From positions 30,442,001 to 30,506,000 of the forward strand of contig OZ004608.1 of NCBI GenBank assembly GCA_963924565.1: a stretch of DNA of 64,000 nt, in the 5' to 3' direction. Shown piece by piece: positions 1 through 11,350 of the stretch (within the stretch, counting starts at the first letter, position 1; each line of letters starts with the position of its first letter). The notes beneath the pieces are model-generated. The model searched no databases and was not told the origin of the DNA. It saw only the letters and a program-made list of their open reading frames with translations. Position numbers and translations under genes: made by a program. This DNA comes from Ascidiella aspersa (taxonomy: Eukaryota).

Positions 1-1114
1 AGGTATCGGACATCCCTCAACAAAACCATGAAACGGCCTTTACCTTTTGTAGCGCGGCGGGGAAACAATAAAATATACAACAGTTTAACCCGACAGTAAA
101 AAATGCGCAGCCCGCGTGATAGTGGCCCGAAAAAAGGTGTTTAAAGCTTCGTTATTGATACATGTAGACATGTGATGGTTATCTAATCCATTACTGTGGT
201 TATGTAGTCAAAAGTAAAATCCGCATCTGAAAATTGAATATGCCAAATTTAGTGCAGGTTTTGTTAACCAGGGGTACGTGTACCCCTTGGTGGTACACCC
301 CTTGGTGGGATGCACCAAAACAGGCGTACGACATGCAGTGTGAAATTATGCGCTCTTTGGGCATATTTGTGAACAAGGCGTAATTACGAAAAGCAACAAC
401 AAAAAAGCCATTAGTATACAAGCATGTTTTTAATGCATGCATTCAACACGTAATTTATAAATACACTGAGTTTAACTCCTATTATTACAATTTGATTTAC
501 TTCCGTCGACCATCGTAGACAGGGGTACGAGAAAATTTCATGAAAACTCGTAGGGTAGGCAATGGTTAAGAGACACTGACTTAATGTCTGGCTAAAGCGG
601 ATACGACGTATCACGAAATTAGACCACATAATTTGTTATAATTTTTTTTTTAAATGTTACCAGAGTTGGATCTTGTAAGTAATGTTTTTTGACCACCAGC
701 TTGGCGTCTTCCACGATACAAAGACTTTAAAATCCACGACGGTGATCCGAGGGTTTTCGATATCTGCCAACCACAAAAATATAAAACAGAGATAGTAACA
801 AATTAATGGTGCATATAAATAGCCTTTAAAAAAGTTTTAGCAAAACTATCCTTTTTATACACGTTGCAATTGTAAACTTTTCTAACGATGCCGTGTTGAT
901 TGTTAAAAAACAAAAAAACAAATAGAAACTGTAATGTTAACAGATAAAGAACGTATCTGCACATTTAAGCCCATATTTACAATGTTATGGTTAATAATTA
1001 CCGAGCCCGGGCCTTACGGTAATTTGTAGATGGCGTAGAAGTGTTAGTGGCATCAACCTTCTGTGACAATACATTGAACAGTAAAACGAAAACGCTGAAG
1101 TTTAAAGCGTCCAT
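1..1114 (-). CDS. 5' part of a secreted/type I membrane FN3-domain protein resembling class II cytokine receptors (IL-10RB/IFNR/tissue factor family); runs off the left edge
   Basis: Exons 1114-1018 (ends phase 1), 763-661 (ends phase 2) and probably 37-<1, all GT-AG. They splice in frame to MDALNFSVFVLLFNVLSQKVDA-TNTSTPSTNYHIENPRITVVDFKVFVSWKTPSWWSKNITYKIQLWPFHGFVEGCPIP. This is a signal peptide followed by an ENxRxxxVxFKxxxxWxxP...NxTYxxQ...C pattern. The third-exon acceptor is less certain. Confidence 0.65.
255..578. mobile_element. Degenerate hAT-type MITE in intron 2 of the receptor-like gene (same family as 27700-28059)
   Basis: Ends are CAGGTTTTGTTAACC...GGTTAAGAGACACTG. The interior closely matches 27700-28059 (e.g. 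GGGGTACGAGAAAATTTCATGAAA). Degenerate 8-bp flanks ATTTAGTG/ACTTAATG. Confidence 0.75.
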
Positions 1115-3254
1115 GCTTCGCTGATGAAGATATCAAGAAACTATCGCAAAAGCAAATTAATATTAATAGATATTTTTTACGGTTATCCCAAAATGTCAAT
1201 TTGCTTAAACTTGAACAAATATTCTCACGATAAATCCTTTTAAAGTGGCATAAGAAAACTAAACACGCCAAACTTTTATGTGGGTTTGCTTCAATACAAT
1301 CAAAGACTAAATTAAAGCAAATTATTGAGTGTTACTATAGCATAAACTCTGCTGGCGCTTCAATCAGGATAAGGTACAAAAAACGTCTAGGAAATTGTCG
1401 TTGGACGTTCGTTGTTTCAACAATACAAACAACCATTTTACTATTTGCAAACTAAATTGCGCCGCAAATTTTTAGAAAAGTTGCTTAAATCTATTGTTAA
1501 AAACTAAATCAAAGCAAAAAATGCTGACAAAAGTAGTCTTCGTTAGTGCTCGCATCTAGATATCCTCTATCTGATAAACCAAAGTCCAACAAAACATCTT
1601 CTCTCCCTCATTAATAATAGCGACAACGACTGTTCTACAGGCAACAAGCTTGGAACAGTAAAGCTGTGACCTTAGCATACGTAGCCTTCTCCTGTATATA
1701 TAGACACAACCGGCGCGCCCCTTATCAAGTGTTGTTAAACAACGAGTGTATGCGGCAAGACGTCGGCAAAAGAAAAAAGGGTTGAACAACACAAAAATAC
1801 TTTCAGGTAAGCGACAGAAAAATAGGTTAAACGTCACCAATTGTAACAGCTTCATATTAAACCTTATTACATTGATACGGATGTCGAGACAAACTTGTAA
1901 ATCATTTACCAAAAGAAAACTCGAGCTATTGTTTACAAAACCTCTTAGCTTTAATCGTCGGCAACTCCGGTATGTAAGGATATTAAATGTATTGCAGAGG
2001 TTAAAAAGACAAAAACGTGACTCTTTTGTATTAAAAAAAAACAATTTTTTTAACCACGTGTACTTCATTTTAAGTTGTCTACGGAAGGTAGTATCCGTTC
2101 TTGTTCGACACCAGGGTGGTATCCGTGACGATTCGATACCAAATAAATGTATGTGTTTTAGTCAATATTTGTGTTTTTTGTAAGTTAAAGTTCAATTTCT
2201 CAAAAAAAAACTTTTATTTTCTCAAAGAAAAACAATCAAAGCAACCCCGTTTAAACAACACTTGCCTAAAAGATTATAGCAATCACGTATTTGGCATCGG
2301 ATTTGATCTCAAAACTTTTGCTCAAAATATCAGGTATCGGTATAAAATACGAAATATCTTTAAGTATCAGTCATGTATAGGCTAACGACTTAAGTCAATG
2401 ACCTGACTTAATTGCACTGTTTTCAAATGACTTGGCATAACTCAAGTCTTTTGGGCAAACACTTGACTTGGACTTATTTCATTTTTGCTGTTAAAACAAT
2501 TTGCTTGTAATATGTTGTTTTTTGTTTAGTTTTCGGTTGATTTATAGTAACCATAATCGGTCGAGTTTACCAAATTTAGGGGGGGAGGAGTTGACTTGCT
2601 CTAATAATGACTTAATGTGTTTTATGCTTTCACTTTCACAAGGCAGATTATTTTCGCGTTGGTGTAGGCTAACAATTTTAAAACTGTTTTTTATTTTAAC
2701 AGCAAATAGCTAGACTCGCCATGTCTGGGTCTTCGATTGCTAAATGATTACCATTGCCTACTCAATTTGACTTAAAGTAAAAGTTACTCCATTCAGCGGA
2801 AACATTGTGGATTTTCGTTTCCATTTGAAAAACCTGCTGCTGCCACTTACATAAAAAGCCAACATAGGATTAATGTAAACTGATTTGTGACTTACTATTT
2901 GACCTCATGATCTATCTTGAAGTCGGTTTGTGCGTATGTCAGCCACGGCAATAAAAAATAGTAGGTTTAAATCGAAATCAGCTTTTCGACGTAAAACAGT
3001 TAAAAGCAAACAATTGTTGACACCCGAGTTCGCCGACAAACGAGTAGGACCTCCTAGAGATTTTAATGTATTTTAATTGTAGTGATGCTGTGCTGTTCTG
3101 CGCTAAGAAGTAGGCTAGGTTTTATTACAGGGTAAGTCGAAAACGGAGGGACTCGATTCTCCGAACGTCGTTTACAGACCTGTGGATCGGGGCCTTTTTA
3201 GCTTCCAGAAATCTGTTACAAAACTATTCGTGAAAATTTGGCTTGGTCGGAATT

Positions 3255-3320
3255 ACCAGTTTTGACGTAGATTGTGATGCCATGGGTTGACATGACATCA
3301 CAATGTACGTCAAAACTGGT
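3255..3320. repeat. Near-perfect 66-nt hairpin (30-bp stem, 6-nt loop)
   Basis: ACCAGTTTTGACGTAGATTGTGATGCCATG-GGTTGA-CATGACATCACAATGTACGTCAAAACTGGT, with two mismatches in the stem. Confidence 0.85.
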
Positions 3321-4966
3321 CATTCAACTTTGAACAAATGCGTATACGTCTTAATACTGCGTCCCACGAGCGTCTTCAAAGTAGTTGCCACTCAAATGCG
3401 TCCGAATTACCAAGGATCTTGTTAAAAAGGTCTTTGCAAATGTCCTGAGTAAAAAAAAATGGCCTAATTTGGGATGAAAAGAGGACATCTTCCTAATAAT
3501 AGGCGTAACATTAAGTTAATGTTATTAAAGGGTAACGTACCATAATGAACGTGCAAACAATTGACTAAGTGAGCACACAAAAAATCAATTTTAACACAAA
3601 TTATCCTTTTTTAATAGTTTTATTGTTGCGGTAACGCGTAACATTTACCAACAAAATTTGTAGAAAGCATAAATATAGCATTAGTTTCGATTAGCAAGAC
3701 GTTTAACCTGGATAGGTTATCGAAACGTCGGTACAGAATAAATAATTGTCGGAAGAACCTTCTTTATAATTAATATAATGCCTGGCAGCAACAGTTTATT
3801 CAAGACGTTTAATTGTTTAATTTAAATGGCGCCGTGAAAAAAAAATTAGCCTAAAAAACAGCCAAACTCAGCCTATTAGCCTACAATGAAACGGAAACAA
3901 ACGAAGTTTAATAAAATAAAGGCCGATTCGTATGCCCAGCCTTTCTTTATAATAAACTGTATAAAATACTTCGGAATGTAGTTGGGTCAGCAAATTACGG
4001 CGCGCACCATCTTTTCCAAATGATTCTAGAATAGGTCATTAATAGTTTATCCTTGAAAGTTTACCGGGTGCAAATCGAAGCTGAAATTTTTAAGAAATTT
4101 TAAACTAAGCAGCGATTTAACAAATCTCGTATAAAATAATATTTTAGAAAATACTTTGTGGAGTTTTCTTTTATTGATAGTAATAAAGTCAATTGACTTC
4201 GAAACAAAACTTTAAATCCGGCCCACGATCTTGAATTGTTGTAATACTCCGGCCCGCTCTCACCGATCTGAACAGTTACTCTGCTTATATATAAATAAGT
4301 TTGGTGACCCCCTGCTTTACACGCTTAAAGGCACCTAGGAGAGTATCACGGTAAACAGAAACGTTTCCAATTTTCGCATTACCTCACAAAAGTGGTTAAC
4401 AACGTTTTAATTCTAGAGCCCTCAAGTATAACACAAAATTGCTTGTAAGTTTACAAGCCGATGAAGAAATGCGTAGGCTAGCAATCTCAACTAAGCTTAC
4501 ACAGCAATACATACCAGAGTCGTGCAAACAATCTGGTCCTATTTTGTGACCCTCGTTAAACTAAATTTTATGAATGACTAGTTTTGACGACCTTGGTTGG
4601 AATTCGGTCACCTGGTATAAGAGAAAAAATATTTAGGAATTTCGGTCTTGTAAAAATACTACTAATCGGACGGTAAAAAATGTATGTCAAACTTTAGCAA
4701 ACTTAATCTAAATGAGCTTTCTTGTAGTTTAGTCACCTTGAATATTCTGAACATTATGTTGCCACTCTTTTCAATAATCATTTGTTTTCCTATTTTATAT
4801 GAGGTCATACGGACCCCGGCCCTTTACTTAATAAAAGTAAACCACCTCAGCAAGGCAAGCTTTTTTAAGTGATGTTTTTTTGCAACGCTGGATTAAAAGG
4901 CGATATATAACAACAATGCCGAGCCTAAATAAAATAATTTTCTAAAACTAAAATCATGGGTTAGCC

Positions 4967-5257
4967 CAGGGATGTCCAACATTTTATTATAGTTGGCCGC
5001 ATTGACACTTGAAATAATTTAATGGGCCGCAGAGCCTATTAAATTTCAAGATTAAGTATTGCTCTTTTGAGCTATAACGGGCCATTAGACTTATATATAT
5101 ATATTTTTTGCCCATACTATACTATTAGTGCGCCCCTAAAAGCTGACTGGTGCATTTTAATTGGGCTAATATTGAACGTTTAAAATACTACTTGGGTGTG
5201 AAAATAACTAGCGGGCCGCACAAAAATTTCAGACGGGCCGCAGGTTGGACATCCCTG
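4967..5257. mobile_element. hAT-type MITE
   Basis: Perfect TIRs CAGGGATGTCCAAC/GTTGGACATCCCTG and a perfect 8-bp TSD GGTTAGCC. Confidence 0.92.
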
Positions 5258-5970
5258 GGTTAGCCACTTGCTGATCGGCCCTGACCTGAGCGTACACTAC
5301 AGAACGAAAGGGGTAATATTTATGCCGATTAGGGAGACGTATTGTGTAACGAACAACTGTATTTGCGGTTAAACAACTCTTAAACCACGCAGCTTAAACA
5401 GCAACTTTCCGTTTCTGAACACGCCTAAAAACAAAGACAATAAAAATAAAGAAAGGAAAATCGCTGAATTGCCACAACATTGGTGACTTAACCAGTTATA
5501 ACCAAGTAAAGCTGGGTGACTCATGGAAGTGAAGGAGAAAATGGAGCGTTTCAAACAAGTCATTTTTAAGGAGCCTAAGTCCAAGTCAATTCATTTGCGA
5601 AGTAAAGTAGCAGTCCAAGTCATTGTCATGGCGACCCTGCATACGATAGTTTGGTTCGAAAACAACAGAAACATAAGATATAACGAACAGCGATCAAACT
5701 GTTTAAACAGAAGAAATTGGGGTGGAAGATGAAATTTCAATAAAAGTGATTTCACGAAAACACTCGAAGTGAAGTCATGTAAAATCAGTGATCTAAGCGC
5801 ACTTAAGTCCGCACGTCACTAATAAAGGTATAAGTTTTTGATAAAATTCTACAGGTTGAAGTTTAATTTCGAATCCGCCAAACTCCCAGCATTTGATTGC
5901 GGTGTAGTTAAGATTGCACGCGCGATGTTCAGTTGTGACAAAGGTCTTGAAGTTTTTTGTTTAGGTTCTT

Positions 5971-8420
5971 TCACGATCCTTCTTCGACGCGTTCCACGTC
6001 CAAAACATCACGATACTGAGACTTCCAAACAGTGATGTCCGACTTGCCGTACAACTTAAGACAACAAAAGACTGAGATGTAAAATTCATATATAAAACTG
6101 CATTAAAATGTTACGGACATGCACGAGTAAACGTAGGTAACATTATGTAAACGTTTAGAATGTTGGAGTTTTAATTTTTTGGTTTATTTTTAACATCTTA
6201 TATTGTTCAACACTAGACCTTTATAGTGATGCTAATTCAGCTAATAAAATAATAATAAGGTAATCATTATGCTAAACCGTGAAAAAATTAACTGAATTGT
6301 AGCGATCATTGGGTGTGTTTGTTTTGTTTGACAATAAGTATACCTTTGTTACGAACTCAAGTATCTGTCTTCTGCTGATCTCATGTGGTGTTCTCAGACC
6401 CCAACTATATTCAAACTGGGGCGGGTCACAGTTTGGAACTTTGGATGCTTCAATATACCTAAACAAATATTTAGATTTTTGTGTCTTAGTTTAAGAACAT
6501 GTCATTAGATGCCAACAGATAAGGGTGTAACTGTAAACAAAGTCCAAGATAAAGTGATACGATTGATGAAAATGTAAATGGTTTTCTCTGGATTCCAACT
6601 AATTGCGCGATTAATCAAGATTGGTGCAAAGCACATACATTTTTGCATTTACATACGTAAAATATGCCAAAAATACAGTTACACTTGTGGACTCCATAAA
6701 TCCGAACTGACCCATAAGTCCACCATTTCTTTTATCAGTACTACTTACATCTGTCTTGAAAATTCAGTAATAAGTTTTTTGGCATCGCCAAAAACAGGGT
6801 GTGGCTTGTCCTTTAAAATTCCAAGGTTCTTTAATGCATTCCAAAGAAGCCCTGTCAAAGTTGACATATATTAAATGATATGTATACAGTTGGGGCAATA
6901 TGGCTAAAATTACCATCACCAAGTGATCCTCCAGACATAAATATAAGTGTCAAAATTGTCATCAACAATCCCCGCTTTGCATTTCCTCTCCTGTGAGAAT
7001 ACAAATAAATAAAATGCCAAACAAAAAACAATAGAGCCACCGTGACACTTATATATATATATCACATATCAAACATTTCAATTGGTGTTTTAATTTTGTA
7101 CCAGTTGTTATATAATGTATCACGGAATACCCAAAAAGCTCTTAGATTCCAAAAAAACATTTATTAACAATTAAAAAATGCAAAATAATTTTGAAACAAA
7201 AATTTTACAAACCACTGCATGAGATGCATTGTGTCTGTGTGATCAAGTTCGGAAACAAGAATAAACGCTTTTTTCGCTCCCTCGCCAATTTCTACCAGCT
7301 TGAGGCCAAAGACAGAGCTAAGGTTTTTTTCAACGTGTTTCATAACTTCGGCATACGAAGATCGGTGATCCTGGTTTGTACAGGTAAAAGTATTTCTACT
7401 GTTTCACAACTTTGGCTAATTAGAATATTAAAAATATATATAAAAAATATGCATAACCAAAATATGTAATGTGCTTTTTTATTTTTTGTCAACAACCATA
7501 AGTTACAACAAATACAAATTACTTTTAAGTGTACTCACCTTCATAACATATTTGTTTATATCAGCTCGCTTAATTGGGATTTTTCTTTGCTCCCAAACAA
7601 GAATCAAGTGGATCACATCATTTGCCTACACAAATTTTAGTTTAATGGTTTTGATCATGCTTTGTTTACTGAATTTTGTGGCATTAGTCTGCATTATATC
7701 GCACTTCACACCAAGGTTTCTGGTTTGCAGTGCCAGATTTAACAGGGTGGAGATGTGCAATCAGGGTTTTATACACACCTGAAGTTCAGGAATTTAGCAC
7801 AACTCAACCTTTTTATAGAATTTAGGTGTGCAAATTGCTAATTAAAGTGTGCACACAAATTGCTTTCATAAAATCTCGGGGTGCACCCGCCACAAAATGC
7901 AGACTGGGTGTGGCCGGTGTACACATAGGATTTAATAAAGCAATTTGTGTGCGCATCATTTAAATTAGTACCTAAATTTCGCAATTAGGTTAAATTGTGG
8001 CAGTATTCTCAACCTCAGGCGTGCAATTAAAAATGATTGCATACCTGCACATCTCAAATTTGGCGCTGCACATAGAAGATCTCATTTTGGCACTGCACAT
8101 AGAAGATAAAGTGCCATGAAATGCAACTGGCTGACTGACGGCATAAAACTATTACTTGAAATTAATGGCCTTTAAGTCCACTAAAATGATAGGTTGAGCT
8201 CAAGGATAAATACTCATCTGTATCAATGTTTCTTGCTTATTGGAGTTTTAAAATTGTATTAGGAATGCTTCAGGTTTGGGGATTTTACTTATTTTTCTAG
8301 TCCACCCAAAATTTCTTACACAGATTATATTGTTTCATATCAACTATATCATAATTGCTCAAAAGAGAACATACGCACCTTACGAGTTATTTCGCTGCTT
8401 GGAAGGGATTGAGAAGACAT
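5971..8420 (-). CDS. NSMCE3: MAGE-domain protein, NSE3 subunit of the SMC5/6 complex (221 aa, 7 coding exons)
   Basis: Exons 8420-8379, 7625-7539, 7370-7213, 6990-6914, 6851-6749, 6458-6344 and 6054-5971, all GT-AG and in frame (666 nt). MAGE motifs KIPIKRADI, VFGLKLVEI, GLLMTILTLIFM, HPVFGDAKKLITEF, KVPNCDPPQFEYSWGLR and ILEFVTK. Confidence 0.92.
7728..8095. mobile_element. Old MITE-like element in NSMCE3 intron 1 with a duplicated right end
   Basis: Left end CAGTGCCAGATTT. Right ends AAATTTGGCGCTG (8068) and ATTTTGGCACTG (8095), each followed by CACATAGAAGAT. Confidence 0.5.
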
Positions 8421-9172
8421 TGTAGTGAAAATTTTGATCAGTAAGTTATATTATCACAAATCGCGCGTAATGTAATCATAAAGGGTAATACCCCATCATG
8501 TTTATGTACCTCGGCTAAAATCAGTTAAAATATTTATTATGCGTAATTAGATTTTGCTAAAAAAGACTAGTTTGTGCTAAGATATCAAACTTGCATTTTA
8601 ATAATTTGTCTATATAATAATTTAGAGAAAACACTAGCTTTGCGTGAAAAGTAATTTACCTGAAATACTATTATAATTTTTCTAAATAAATCCGATTTTG
8701 GTATAGGATCTTTAATAAAATTTTGCCTAGTGTTTGTTTTTCTCAACTAACTTTTTAGAAACCAAAACGAAACAGAAAAGGCATGATATTTTATTTACGG
8801 TAAATAATAAAATAATTAATTTTTGTCACATGACAATTGCACTAGTCGTTGTGAATAAAACGGTTACTTTTAATTGCAATCCAAAGCCGTAAAGTGTTAC
8901 TTATGACCAATATTTAATTAAAGTTTTTTGTGATTTTGAATATATTTCGTAAGTTTGTGATCCTATTATCTTAACTGATTTTAGTTTAACTATACCGGTA
9001 TACTTTACAGCTTTGTATTTTATAAATAATAATCGTGATAGTTCTGTTGTTTTGGATTTATTATAATGTAAAATTAATTTTGTGATGTTTTTCTTCTAGA
9101 TACGCTGACAAAATTTGCTGTTAACAAATTTTTTCTGCATTATTTTAGAGTTTTTTGGATTATCTTAGATCT
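8421..9172. promoter_or_regulatory. Probable shared (bidirectional) promoter and 5' UTR region of NSMCE3 and ATP6V0E
   Basis: The NSMCE3 ATG is at 8420 (-). A plus-strand donor GTAAGT at 9173 pairs plausibly with the acceptor at 11085, just upstream of the ATP6V0E ATG. The promoter itself is inferred from gene orientation. Confidence 0.45.
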
Positions 9173-9275
9173 GTAAGTATCTTTAATCTAAAACGTAGAA
9201 AGTAATTGTGTGCCTTACAATTGTTAAAAAAAATCATGTTTAACAAGGTAACGAATTTCGGGTAAAAATAAATGG

Positions 9276-9900
9276 AAGTGGCTATTTGACCGGATCGCTC
9301 TTTTTCGCTTAGGCTAACACGTAATTATTGATTAAGTTGGTTTAGGGTGTGGGTTAGCGTTTGGGTAGTGGTAGTATTGAGTGTTGTAAACAAGTCATTT
9401 GTAAAAATACCTTTCGTTCAAGTCAAGTCTTTTCAAAAAGTTCTGGTCATCAACTGTCAGGTCATTATTAGAGCAGGTCATCTCCAGACTCCAAGTCAAA
9501 CCACTTCTATAATAATGAAACTAAAAATAAACAAAGCAACAACATGCAGTAACCTAATCGTTTTCGTACAAAACTTTAGATAAATAACTCAATTTTTTAA
9601 TAAAATGTTGAATGAAAACATTTAATTTTAGCCCTAATCATTCTACTCAAGTTCAAGTCAAGGCATTTGTCTTAAAGACTTTAGTCAAGGCGAAGTGATT
9701 TTACCAAAACGAAGTTAAGTCATTTGAAAACAGTGACTTAAGTTAAGTCATTCACTTAATTTATTACAACACTGGTAGTGTTAGATTTAATTTTCCGAGT
9801 TTTGCATAGTTTGAATATTTTTTTTTCAAAAATGGATTTAAATTACTTTGTTTTTCACTGAACTCTCATAAAGGCTATTTGGCCGGATCTTTCTTTTGTC
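9276..9900. repeat. Dispersed repeat with a GT-rich (TTAGGG-like) core, interrupted by a MITE; uninterrupted copy at 41586-41805
   Basis: Both copies share GAAGTGGCTATTTGAC...ATCGCTCTTTT, AGCGTTTGGG, TTAGATTTAATTTTC, GATTTAAATTACTTTGTT and GGCTATTTGGCCGGATC. Confidence 0.75.
9379..9774. mobile_element. GACTT-rich hAT MITE family copy
   Basis: Ends are GAGTGTTGTAAAC...TTACAACACTG, with TSD GTAGTATT/GTAGTGTT. Same family as 46001-46506, in opposite orientation. Confidence 0.85.
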
Positions 9901-11110
9901 CTGCATCGTTAGTTGAACTTTTACTCTTGCACCTATTTTGAGTAACTGGCTTCTTCCATAATAAATATGACTGTGCTCTGTGACACTAAATTTTTTAAGT
10001 CAAGTATTATTGTTATATATTTATTCTTCCATATTTGTTTCTTTATTGCAATTTTAATGAAACTCGTTTTGTTACTGGCTCAAAACTAGTAGGATTCTAG
10101 ACCAGCGTCAGGTTGGAAAGTAAGGCCATATTAGCTGTGAAATGATTGACTACCCAAAACCAGTACACGACTAATGTTTTGCATGTTTGATTGACTTTTG
10201 GCAGTTGAATGCATTTAGCAGCATTTTCTATGAATGTTCTTTTATTGTCACGTCTAAGGACGGCAGATTGCTAGTGGAACTGTTTGGGGGATTTATTTCT
10301 AAACTTTACAATCTGGTAGCAGTGGTGGTCAAAACTTTTCACTTCTAAGGAGCCATTTTTCTTTCTTGATATAATGAATGTTTCCTTAATTTTAAAGACC
10401 AAAAAAGACCTGCTGCAATACCATTTGATACGCAAATTATACAAACTACTTGCGTTATAAACTACAATTTATATTATTGGTCAATTAATTTAAACATTTT
10501 ACATGAACCCATTGAATCTTTCTCACAGTCCAGTAGTACCTAAATTTAGAGACTTTCTTTCTGTAAATTTTCTTGTTGCAATGTTTAGTTTATTAAAGTT
10601 ATTGCATGTTCATCAGAGTGTCATTTGTTTTTTAAAATCTTCAGGGTTGACCTTTAATTAAAATTTACTCTCCCCAATTGGGGAAGGTCCACCAACTGCA
10701 ATTTCTGTCCACTAAAACACATAGCCTTGATTGTTTACCAGACTATTGAATGTGTAGGACTTTTTGGCCAAAAATCGAAATGTTAGTTTAATTCTCTAAA
10801 TGCGATGTGTGTATTATTACAGATTCATGCAATCATAAGCCTTTAATCTGCGACGTTTCACACAATTTTTTGCAAATTTAGTCCAATAGGCTGGCCAAGA
10901 ACAACTGACTTTTGCGTATTTCACTCGCATTGGCGAGCAGGCGAGAGCAAAACCAAAACCCTGATCTTTACCTTAGTGTTAATTTGGAAACTAACGTTAA
11001 ATGAGTGTTTTTTGACTTGCAAACCAACTTTGATTTATTAATTAATTAAACCAAAGATTTTAATCTGTTGTATTATTGATTTTAGAAATTCTTCCATCAA
11101 TCACCTAAAA

Positions 11111-11350
11111 ATGTTGAGTACGTGGGTTGTCTTTGCTATCATCAGTGGATTTTGGCTTGGTGTTGGAGCAATCGGGCCATGGCTTGTGCCAAAAGGTTAC
11201 TACAAGGGTGTCTACCAGACAATGATCGTTACCACCGCTGTGTGCTGCTGGCTCCATTGGTTTATCACCTACTGCTCACAAATAAACCCCCTCATCGGCC
11301 CTCAACTGACCAATGGCATGATCTACATGATGATGTGGGTCTGGGATTAA
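11111..11350 (+). CDS. ATP6V0E: V-type proton ATPase subunit e (79 aa), single coding exon
   Basis: Two TM helices with family motifs FWLGVGAIGPWLVPKG and TTAVCCWLHWFITYCSQINPLIGPQL. Start context AAAATG; splice acceptor TTTTAG ending at 11085. Confidence 0.95.
   Translation: MLSTWVVFAIISGFWLGVGAIGPWLVPKGYYKGVYQTMIVTTAVCCWLHWFITYCSQINPLIGPQLTNGMIYMMMWVWD

Noticed and set aside
664-674. Apparent plus-strand 11-nt microexon (CAG|AGTTGGATCTT|GTAAGT)
   Set aside because: It lies antisense within exon 2 of the receptor-like gene and has no partner exons.
1556-2385. Long ORFs on both strands (170, 145 and 94 aa) and a few plus-strand splice-like sites
   Set aside because: Low-complexity K/N/F/L-rich translations with no recognisable motif, and I could not build a convincing spliced model. 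This is probably the promoter region of the receptor-like gene.
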